Shown: one piece after another, positions 19,635 through 25,819 of the stretch | Position numbering within the stretch: the first letter of the stretch is position 1 | How the letters are laid out: every line of letters begins with the position of its first letter | Source of the DNA: an uncultured bacterium | GTDB lineage: Bacteria > Auribacterota > JACPWU01 | NCBI GenBank assembly: GCA_964640155.1 | Contig: CAZXEQ010000006.1 | Span: 39,013 to 71,012 of the forward strand | Length of the DNA: 32,000 nt | Direction: 5' to 3' | Program-made: the position numbers and the translations under genes | Notes under the pieces: model-generated | Seen by the model: only the letters and a program-made list of their open reading frames with translations | What the model was told of the DNA's origin: nothing | Databases searched by the model: none

Positions 19635-20279
19635 ATGCAATTCGACCTCTTTGATGGAACTCAAAATAACGTTTTGTCCTCAAAAACTTATGAAGAATTC
19701 CGCAAAAATTTTTTGGCTGCTGGCTGCACCAAATGTGATCTTCATGAAGGTCGTACCAATCTCGTCATTGATCGAGGCAATCCCCATACTGAAATTGTGG
19801 TTATTGGAGAAGCGCCTGGTGAGAATGAAGACTTACAAGGTAAAGCTTTTGTAGGAAGGGCTGGTCAACTTTTAGATAAAATTATGGCTGCGATTGGCCT
19901 TGAGACCAATAAAGACATGCTTATCATCAATGTTGTCAAATGCCGCCCCCCAGAAAACCGAGCCCCTGTTGCAATTGAAGCTCAAACTTGCCGACCTTAT
20001 CTTCAACGCCAATTAGAATTAGTTAAACCAAAAATTATTTTGCTTTTAGGTGCAACAGCTTTAAAACACATGATTCCAGAGAAAAAGAAATTTTCTATGG
20101 AACAGGAAGCAGGGAATTTCTTCACTGATTCACATTATCCAGGAATACAATTTATGGTGCTTTATCACCCCGCCTATCTTCTCTATGATCCTCGAAAGAA
20201 AGAAACCATGTGGCAGCATGTTAAGAAACTCAGAGATTTTTTAGGATTAAAGCGAACAGAAGAAGCAAGAAATTTTTAA
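19635..20279 (+). CDS. uracil-DNA glycosylase, family 4
   Basis: Motifs VVIGEAPGENED and GKAFVGRAGQLLD, plus the C-terminal HPAYLL motif. Confidence 0.9.
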   Translation: MQFDLFDGTQNNVLSSKTYEEFRKNFLAAGCTKCDLHEGRTNLVIDRGNPHTEIVVIGEAPGENEDLQGKAFVGRAGQLLDKIMAAIGLETNKDMLIINVVKCRPPENRAPVAIEAQTCRPYLQRQLELVKPKIILLLGATALKHMIPEKKKFSMEQEAGNFFTDSHYPGIQFMVLYHPAYLLYDPRKKETMWQHVKKLRDFLGLKRTEEARNF

Positions 20280-20545
20280 ATCACTCCACCTTCTTGATAA
20301 AATTTCACCAATTCTTGATACCCACCAATCAATTTATCATTCACAAAAATCTGAGGCACTGTTTTCATATTACTTTTCTTTTCAAGCTCATCCCACATCT
20401 CTTCTCTATTCGTAATATCCATTTCTTCAAAACTCACCCCTTTTGAGCGTAACAATTGCTTTGCTCGAGCGCAAAAGGGGCAAAATTCAATGGTATAAAC
20501 AATAACTTTTTTTGGTTCCATAAAAGTTGAATTCCTCTCATACAA
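20276..20545 (-). CDS. glutaredoxin
   Basis: 89 aa. CPFC active site, then TVPQIFVNDKLIGGY. Confidence 0.9.
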   Translation of the reverse strand: MYERNSTFMEPKKVIVYTIEFCPFCARAKQLLRSKGVSFEEMDITNREEMWDELEKKSNMKTVPQIFVNDKLIGGYQELVKFYQEGGVI

Positions 20546-20598
20546 AATATTTTTTCATCATGCTATACTTCTCTTTAAAATAATTCCAGGAGGAAGTC

Positions 20599-21072
20599 GT
20601 GGCGTCTCAAAAATATTGGCTTATGAAAAGCGAAGCTCTTGATTATTCAATCGATGATTTTGCAAAAGATAAGCGTAGTGACTGGCATGGTGTACGGAAT
20701 TATCAAGCACGAAACTTTATGCGCGATGAGATGAAAGTAGGAGATCTCATTCTTTTTTATCATTCCAATGCTAATCCATCAGGAATTGCAGGTCTTGGAG
20801 AAGTAATTCGAACGGGTTATCCGGATTTTACACAGTTTGATTCTAAGAGCGAATATTACGACAAAAAAGCGACCAAAGAAAAACCTATTTGGTATATGGT
20901 AGATATTCAATTCAAAGAAAAATTCCCTCACTTTATTTCTTTAGAAGAATTAAAGAGAAATAAAACCCTTCAAAATATGCTCTTGATTCGTCACGGAAGA
21001 CTTTCAGTACAACCTGTAGAAGAAGAACATTTTAAGATTATTCAGAAAATAGGATATACTTATACGAATTAA
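20599..21072 (+). CDS. EVE (PUA-like) domain protein
   Basis: GTG start preceded by AGGAGG. Motifs YWLMKSE, W.GVRNYQARNFMRDEMKVGD and ILFYHSN. Confidence 0.85.
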   Translation: MASQKYWLMKSEALDYSIDDFAKDKRSDWHGVRNYQARNFMRDEMKVGDLILFYHSNANPSGIAGLGEVIRTGYPDFTQFDSKSEYYDKKATKEKPIWYMVDIQFKEKFPHFISLEELKRNKTLQNMLLIRHGRLSVQPVEEEHFKIIQKIGYTYTN

Positions 21073-21087
21073 AAAATTTTTATTTCA

Positions 21088-21117
21088 TCAAATACTCTTT
21101 CTAAAAAGAGTATTTGA
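21088..21117 (+). terminator. perfect 13-bp hairpin downstream of the EVE gene (probable terminator or RNA-stability element)
   Basis: TCAAATACTCTTT-CTAA-AAAGAGTATTTGA, starting 16 nt after the stop codon. No clear T-tract on the plus strand, so the terminator call is tentative. Confidence 0.5.
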
Positions 21118-21166
21118 TCATAGCAAAAAATAATTCTATACTTTTTTATCTAACGGAGGGTTTTGA

Positions 21167-21325
21167 ATGAATACTTCTAACATTTTAAATTCCAATCAAT
21201 TGATTTTAATTTCCAAAGAAGAGAAGAAGTTGTGGCAAAAGCCTAGTATTCTTGTACTGTCCCTTAATGATACAGAAGGAGGGATTATTCATTCTCCTCC
21301 AGAAGATGTAACGTTTTCCAGTTAG
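21167..21325 (+). CDS. small ORF (52 aa) resembling a lasso-peptide/RiPP precursor
   Basis: Too short for the supplied ORF track. SD GGAGGG lies 6 nt upstream of the ATG. Translation: MNTSNILNSNQLILISKEEKKLWQKPSILVLSLNDTEGGIIHSPPEDVTFSS. See findings. Confidence 0.5.
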   Translation: MNTSNILNSNQLILISKEEKKLWQKPSILVLSLNDTEGGIIHSPPEDVTFSS

Positions 21326-21370
21326 AATCAAAAACTAAGCTCTACGGTTTATTTTCGATTGCAATAAATA

Positions 21371-21769
21371 TCAGCACGAATGCAAAGCAATACGATTCCC
21401 TTCGCTATCCAAAACAACGGCTCTAAAACCATAGGGGGCAATAGAATGTTTTTCTTGAAGAATTTTTCCACCATTTGCCTTAGCTGCTTTAATTGCATCA
21501 TCCAGTCTTCCATTTGTATTTAAATAAATTAAAACACCTTGTCCAGAAGGAACGTTTCCCTCAGTTTTTACTAAGCATGCACCTATTCCTTCCCCGGCAT
21601 GAGGAAGAACTCCTATGGCAAAATCAGGCATTTCTTCTTTTATTATTTTTGCTCCAATGACTGCAGAATAAAATCGAATGGCTCGATCTAAATCAACCAC
21701 TGGAATATCACACCAAACAATTTGATTAATAGAGCATTCTTTTTCGGATTTCAATTCAGTGTCTTTCAT
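21371..21769 (-). CDS. VOC (glyoxalase/bleomycin-resistance/dioxygenase) family protein
   Basis: 132 aa. The N-terminal W.DIPV.DLDRAIRFY motif and the overall pattern are typical of small VOC proteins. Confidence 0.8.
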   Translation of the reverse strand: MKDTELKSEKECSINQIVWCDIPVVDLDRAIRFYSAVIGAKIIKEEMPDFAIGVLPHAGEGIGACLVKTEGNVPSGQGVLIYLNTNGRLDDAIKAAKANGGKILQEKHSIAPYGFRAVVLDSEGNRIALHSC

Positions 21770-21814
21770 AAAATTTCTCCTAATTTATTTTTTAAAATTG
21801 ACGGCTAAGATCTA

Positions 21815-22264
21815 TTAGCTGATTTTAGATTTTAATTCGACGATAGCAATAATTTCTTCTTTTCCTAAGACATTCTCATAATGATATTCATCTTTATTAC
21901 GTTCTAATTTCTTTTGAGTTGATAAATCAATTTTTAAGAGAACTAAATAGGAATGTCCTTCTATCAAATACTTAGGAATATGCTTTTTAGCAGAAATTTC
22001 ACTTTCAATTCCAATATAATTACGCGTCATTTTTCCTTTATAAATATTTTCAATCTTAAATCCCTCCAACAAAAACCATGTTCTGCTTCCATCAGGTCTA
22101 AAAATACAGGGGCTTCTTCCTTCAGTATAAGTACCTGAGAAAATGATATTGGCTTGCTTAATTAAATTTCTAGGTGCTTTAGAAATTTCAGCAGGCATTT
22201 GAGAATTAGCAAAAAGAGGATTCACTATAAGCATAAAAAACACAAAAACATATATATTACGCAT
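21815..22264 (-). CDS. small secreted protein, paralog A
   Basis: The tracked ORF (21815-22405) is a chimera. By comparison with paralog B, the likely start is ATG 22264 (MRNIYVFVFFMLIVNPLFA signal peptide). ATG 22279 is an alternative. Confidence 0.65.
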   Translation of the reverse strand: MRNIYVFVFFMLIVNPLFANSQMPAEISKAPRNLIKQANIIFSGTYTEGRSPCIFRPDGSRTWFLLEGFKIENIYKGKMTRNYIGIESEISAKKHIPKYLIEGHSYLVLLKIDLSTQKKLERNKDEYHYENVLGKEEIIAIVELKSKIS

Positions 22265-22294
22265 GATGTTGCCTAACATGAAAAGAGTAAAAAT

Positions 22295-22308
22295 TGGAGG
22301 TGGCGGGA
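22295..22308 (-). repeat. copy 3 of the tmRNA T-loop-to-3'-end 14-mer (att-like)
   Basis: TGGAGGTGGCGGGA on the plus strand, identical to 23218-23231 and 22971-22984. Confidence 0.85.
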
Positions 22309-22405
22309 ATCGAATCGCTCGATCTAAATCAAGCACTGGAATATCACACCAAACAATTTGATTAATAGAGCATTCTTTTTCGGATTTCAATTCAGTGTCT
22401 TTCAT
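22308..22405 (-). pseudogene. duplicated 5' fragment (about 33 codons) of the VOC gene
   Basis: MKDTELKSEKECSINQIVWCDIPVLDLDRAIRF matches the N-terminus of 21371-21769 apart from one residue. The fragment then runs into the tmRNA-derived 14-mer. Confidence 0.85.
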
Positions 22406-22450
22406 AAAATTTCTCCTAATTTATTTTTTAAAATTGACGGCTAAGATCTA

Positions 22451-22903
22451 TTAGCTGATTTTAGATTTTAATTCGACGATAGCAATAATTTCTTCTTTTC
22501 CTAAGACATTCTCATAATGATATTCATCTTTATTACGTTCTAATTTCTTTTGAGTTGATAAATCAATTTTTAAGAGAACTAAATAGGAATGTCCTTCCAC
22601 CAAATACTTAGGAATATGCTTTTTAGCAAAAATTTCACTCTCAATTCCAATATAATTACGCTTTATTTTTCCTTTATAAATATTTTCAACCTTAAATCCC
22701 TTCAACAAAAACCATGCTCTGGTTCCATCAGGTCTAAAAACACAAGGGCTCCTTCCTTCAGTATAAATACCAGAAAAAATAACATTGGCTGACTTTACTA
22801 AATTCTTAGGAAGACTAGAGAATTCAGGAGGTAATTTATCTGAAGCTACAAGAGATTGGAAAATAAACATAAAAAAGATAAAAGCTGATAAAACATTTTT
22901 CAT
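22451..22903 (-). CDS. small secreted protein, paralog B
   Basis: 150 aa with signal peptide MKNVLSAFIFFMFIFQSLVA. The C-terminal 49 residues and the downstream DNA are identical to paralog A. Confidence 0.75.
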   Translation of the reverse strand: MKNVLSAFIFFMFIFQSLVASDKLPPEFSSLPKNLVKSANVIFSGIYTEGRSPCVFRPDGTRAWFLLKGFKVENIYKGKIKRNYIGIESEIFAKKHIPKYLVEGHSYLVLLKIDLSTQKKLERNKDEYHYENVLGKEEIIAIVELKSKIS

Positions 22904-22970
22904 AATTCTATTTTAGGATGCTCTTCATGACTTTTTAAACAGCAGTTCCTTCACATAAAAATAAAAGAAT

Positions 22971-22984
22971 TGGAGGTGGCGGGA
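22971..22984 (-). repeat. copy 2 of the tmRNA T-loop-to-3'-end 14-mer (att-like)
   Basis: TGGAGGTGGCGGGA on the plus strand. Together with the genuine tmRNA 3' end, it bounds element X. Confidence 0.85.
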
Positions 22985-23217
22985 TCGGCGCCTACGTTTC
23001 AGGCTAGCCGCTCTGCGGCATGGCCTCTTCGAGGCCTACGCATCCACTTCGGTCGGCCATTCGATGTTCGCAGCGGTCGTCCATCTACCACCGGTAGATG
23101 GTCATTATATATTCTGACTTCGTCAGATAACTCACGTCTCCCTTCGACTCCTGCACATTTGCAAAGGCCTATATTGTGCTGAAGTTTCTGGACCCTAGAT
23201 TTATCTTGGAATAACAA
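22985..23217 (-). mobile_element. element X: 233-nt GC-rich, hairpin-dense insert immediately 3' of tmRNA (miniature integrative-element remnant or unknown structured RNA)
   Basis: Flanked by 14-nt direct repeats. Hairpins at 23022-23036 (GGCCTC-TTC-GAGGCC), 23081-23101 (CCATCTACC-ACC-GGTAGATGG) and 23114-23126 (CTGAC-TTC-GTCAG). Its composition contrasts with the AT-rich flanks. Confidence 0.45.
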
Positions 23218-23618
23218 TGGAGGTGGCGGGAGTCGAACCCGCGTCCTAGAGTATTTCTTACGAGAGCCTCTACATGCTTAGGCTATTTTTTGGATCTCAT
23301 CCTTTTAGACTCCAACAGTCAGGATTCTAAAAGGACCAGTCGGCATGCGGTCTCCTCGCCATGAATGCGCCCACTCCATTCATGACCAGCCTGTTATGAG
23401 TCGCCTATTCAAGCCTCACAGACATAAGCCTGATAGACGTGGCTGACTAAGCAGCCAATGCCAACGTTCGAGGAGCGAACGAACCAATGTTCAACTTCTC
23501 AAACGGGATTACTTTCCCTGTATTGGCAAATAAATGTGCCAGGTGTTTTGAGAGGCCTCCTAGCAACCTCTGCATGCCACCCTCGTGTCCACACCCCAGT
23601 CGAATCCATTTCACCCCC
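23218..23618 (-). ncRNA. ssrA: tmRNA (SsrA), one-piece, about 401 nt, CCA not encoded
   Basis: The minus strand starts GGGGGTGAAATGGATTCGACTGGGG and ends GGACGCGGGTTCGACTCCCGCCACCTCCA (T-arm plus acceptor). The 5' GGGGGUG pairs with CACCUCC. Tag frame 23527-23447: GCC AAU ... GCA UUG GCU GCU UAG. smpB lies 0.9 kb upstream. Confidence 0.93.
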
Positions 23619-23701
23619 GAAAAAGCTGAGATTTGCGATTCGTCTAGAAAATTTTCAAAGAGCCTAACAACTATTCCACTGAGCTTTAATTATACCATAT
23701 T

Positions 23702-24271
23702 TTAAGCTTTTGAAAGCAACCGATTAAAACTTTGAAGAAGTTTATCCCCTCCCACTTCATCAAGTTTTTTTAACCATTCTTGGATATAGGTAACGTCGAT
23801 TTTCTTTTTCTGACGCTGAATAATTCCTTTTAAATCCTCATAATCTTTTGCTCTGGTACTTGCAATCTTGTGAATAATTAAATCTTCAGGACTTATTAAT
23901 TTTATCTTTAAATTATCTATTTTCTTTATTCGACCTCTACGAATTGCAGAAAATTCAAGAGAGTTTTCTGCAATAATAACATCCAGCTTCCCCAAAATAT
24001 TTCCTTTTTGAAACTTCAGGGGAATAACACCCGTTTTTTTTACAATCTTCATCGTTTCTTTAAAAGAAGGAGAAAAACCAAATTTTTTAATCTTCTTTAA
24101 AAAATCTTCTGCCTTTGCTTTATCCAAAACGACGTTAATATCAACGTCTAAAGTCATGCGAGGCTCTCCATAAATTGAAACAGCTATTCCGCCTATAATC
24201 ACATAAGGAATTTTTTCAGAAGAGAGAAATCGAGTAAGAGATTGAATCAAAGATTCAAATTGAAGACTCAT
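23702..24271 (-). CDS. minimal nucleotidyltransferase-fold protein (toxin-antitoxin-like cassette component)
   Basis: 189 aa. NTase signature IIGGIAVSIYGEPRMTLDVDINV (hGG...DxD). ATGA overlap with the upstream 72-aa ORF. Confidence 0.7.
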   Translation of the reverse strand: MSLQFESLIQSLTRFLSSEKIPYVIIGGIAVSIYGEPRMTLDVDINVVLDKAKAEDFLKKIKKFGFSPSFKETMKIVKKTGVIPLKFQKGNILGKLDVIIAENSLEFSAIRRGRIKKIDNLKIKLISPEDLIIHKIASTRAKDYEDLKGIIQRQKKKIDVTYIQEWLKKLDEVGGDKLLQSFNRLLSKA

Positions 24272-24486
24272 TTTATCCTTCCAAATAAAGTGTGAATTTT
24301 AGCCAAATGCTTAATCTTGGCTTCATCAAACTTTCTATTTTTAAAAACCCAGCCTGCACGACTTGCAAAATTATAAAGTTCCTTAAATGCTTTAAAACCA
24401 TCCTTCACAGATAAATTCTTTAAAAACTTGCGTTTCTGTTCATCTTCAAATTGATGATAAATTTCCCATTTTTTCTCTCTTAGCAT
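24268..24486 (-). CDS. small basic protein, partner of the nucleotidyltransferase
   Basis: 72 aa. Starts 1 nt after the smpB stop codon and overlaps the NTase start (ATGA). No motif recognised. Confidence 0.6.
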   Translation of the reverse strand: MLREKKWEIYHQFEDEQKRKFLKNLSVKDGFKAFKELYNFASRAGWVFKNRKFDEAKIKHLAKIHTLFGRIK

Positions 24487-24487
24487 A

Positions 24488-24961
24488 TCAATTTCCCTTA
24501 AACTTTCGTCTCATGGCTGCTTGAGCTTCTCTATCCGCAATACGTTTTTTAAGATCTTCTCTTTTATCTATTTTTTGTTTTCCCTGAGCAAGGGCTATAG
24601 CTACTTTGATCTTCCCATTTTTTAGATAAACCGCTAGGGGAACAAGCGTAAAACCTTTTTGAGAAATCTGTCCAATCAATTTTTTAATTTCATTGAAATG
24701 CAAAAGAAGCTTTCTCTTTCTCAAAGGCTCATGATTGGCTATATTTCCAAATTCATACGGATCCACATGAAAATTATAAAGAAAGATCTCTCCATTCTCG
24801 ACTCGACCAAAGCTATCATTTAAATTGGCTTTATGAGCTCGAATGGATTTTACTTCTGTTCCTTGAAGGACAATCCCCGCTTCAAAAGTTTCCAAAATAG
24901 TATAATCATGTCGGGCCTTACGATTGTTCATTAAAACATTTGAATCTTTTTCAGAACTCAT
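24488..24961 (-). CDS. smpB: SsrA-binding protein
   Basis: 157 aa with the motifs NRKARHDY, GTEVKS and the C-terminal basic tail typical of SmpB. Confidence 0.95.
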   Translation of the reverse strand: MSSEKDSNVLMNNRKARHDYTILETFEAGIVLQGTEVKSIRAHKANLNDSFGRVENGEIFLYNFHVDPYEFGNIANHEPLRKRKLLLHFNEIKKLIGQISQKGFTLVPLAVYLKNGKIKVAIALAQGKQKIDKREDLKKRIADREAQAAMRRKFKGN

Positions 24962-25062
24962 TGAAAATCTCCTAGCAACGTAGTAGTACCGATCCTTAAA
25001 AAAATATTAATGCAAAGGTGCAAAAATGTTATTATATTTATCATACACGAAGTGGAGAAAAA

Positions 25063-25347
25063 ATGGCAGATACACCTATCACAACTCAAGCGCCTCCAAA
25101 AAGGCCAGCAAAACCAAAAGCATTTGTCGATAGAGACAATTGTACAGGATGTGAGATCTGTATACAATTTTGTCCTGTTGAACAATGCATCATCAAAATT
25201 CCAGAAGCCTCTGACTGGCAGCTTAATGGCTATGTCAAAGTTGTCGAAAATAAATGCATTGGTTGTCGTCTATGTGTTCGTGAATGCCCGTGGGATGCTA
25301 TTTCCATGATCATTCCTGGAACACAAGCTCCCGCAGCAACTGCTTAA
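25063..25347 (+). CDS. 2x[4Fe-4S] ferredoxin
   Basis: Motifs CTGCEICIQFCP and CIGCRLCVRECP. I prefer ATG 25063 (GGAG 7 nt upstream) over the tracked start at 25018. Confidence 0.8.
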   Translation: MADTPITTQAPPKRPAKPKAFVDRDNCTGCEICIQFCPVEQCIIKIPEASDWQLNGYVKVVENKCIGCRLCVRECPWDAISMIIPGTQAPAATA

Positions 25348-25489
25348 AAGCATTTTTTAGTATTTTCAATTAATAAATTCCCCTTTCCCCTTCGCTCTAT
25401 TACGGATAAACTGTAGCAGTAATTTTAAGGGCGCCCCGACGCAAGGTCGGGACGCTCCATTTTCTAACTTCACTTCGTTCAGAGAAAAT

Positions 25490-25571
25490 GGGCGGGTGGT
25501 GGAATCGGCAGACACGTAGGTCTCAGAAGCCTATGGGTAAAACCGTGGGGGTTCAAATCCCCCCTCGCCCA
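25490..25571 (+). tRNA. tRNA-Leu (anticodon CAG), type II, CCA not encoded
   Basis: Acceptor stem GGGCGGG/CTCGCCC (one G-U pair). D-arm GTG-GAATCGGCAGA-CAC. Anticodon arm TAGGT-CTCAGAA-GCCTA. Long variable arm. T-arm GGGGG-TTCAAAT-CCCCC. Discriminator A. Confidence 0.92.
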
Positions 25572-25819
25572 AAAACTGAATTGCAAAATTTTGAGTCAAA
25601 GAAGGTTTTTGCAGAGTAACGCATTCGTAATTTTTTAAAAGGGGGGTTTGAAGGGAGGGCCGACTCAAAATATTGTCAAATCATGCACAGCATGATTTGC
25701 GACTTCTCTAAGGCCCGGGTGGCCGAAGCCGACGTAAAGTCGGCTCCCCGATAATGCATCGGGGCCGGAGGCGTCCAAAGGTTTCCGACATTTGTCGGAA
25801 TAGCCGAATGCGAAGGCGC
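25572..25819 (+). mobile_element. element Y: 248-nt insert immediately 3' of tRNA-Leu, with an AT-rich 5' part and a GC-rich hairpin-dense 3' part
   Basis: Bounded by the tRNA 3' end and the repeat at 25820-25837. Hairpins at 25679-25697, 25728-25744 (GCCGAC-GTAAA-GTCGGC), 25746-25764 (CCCCGAT-AATGC-ATCGGGG) and 25783-25800 (TTCCGAC-ATTT-GTCGGAA). Confidence 0.45.

Larger units (their letters stand above)
21672..22984. repeat. tandem duplication: 636-bp register at the lower boundary, about 676 bp between the upper 14-mers
   Basis: 21698-21961 equals 22334-22597 with no mismatch by my reading (264 nt). Similarity drops to about 80 percent protein identity toward the 5' halves of the two secreted-protein genes. 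Confidence 0.9.

Noticed and set aside
21815-22405. The 196-aa ORF as a genuine VOC-secreted-protein fusion
   Set aside because: Its first 33 codons are a duplicated VOC fragment, followed by the tmRNA 14-mer read as PPPP. Paralog B shows that the functional unit starts at the signal peptide. I annotate 21815-22264 plus a pseudogene fragment, although translation of the chimera is not excluded.
21672-22984. CRISPR array or other short-period repeat
   Set aside because: The repetition is a 636-bp two-unit gene duplication, not a 25-40-nt repeat-spacer pattern. No CRISPR-like array or cas gene is seen anywhere in the window.
22970-23217. ORFs of 70 aa (plus) and 72 aa (minus) covering element X
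   Set aside because: Both strands are open in a GC-rich, hairpin-dense segment. No ribosome-binding site is present, and the peptides are Arg/Pro/Ser-rich and low in complexity. A non-coding explanation is better.
22985-23217. Element X as a second tmRNA, a permuted tmRNA piece or a T-loop group I intron of ssrA
   Set aside because: The upstream tmRNA already has an intact T-arm and acceptor 3' strand. X has no GGGGGUG 5' acceptor strand, no tag frame and no recognisable group I core, and about 170 nt is too small for one. The intron idea survives only as a distant analogy.
23458-23705. ORFs 23458-23667 and 23487-23705 (plus strand)
   Set aside because: They are antisense to, and fully within, the tmRNA gene and its upstream region. 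The tmRNA call explains this sequence.
24958-25309. ORFs 24958-25185 (minus) and 25010-25309 (plus)
   Set aside because: They overlap the smpB-ferredoxin divergent promoter region and the ferredoxin gene in alternative frames. The ferredoxin frame carries two canonical Cys clusters.
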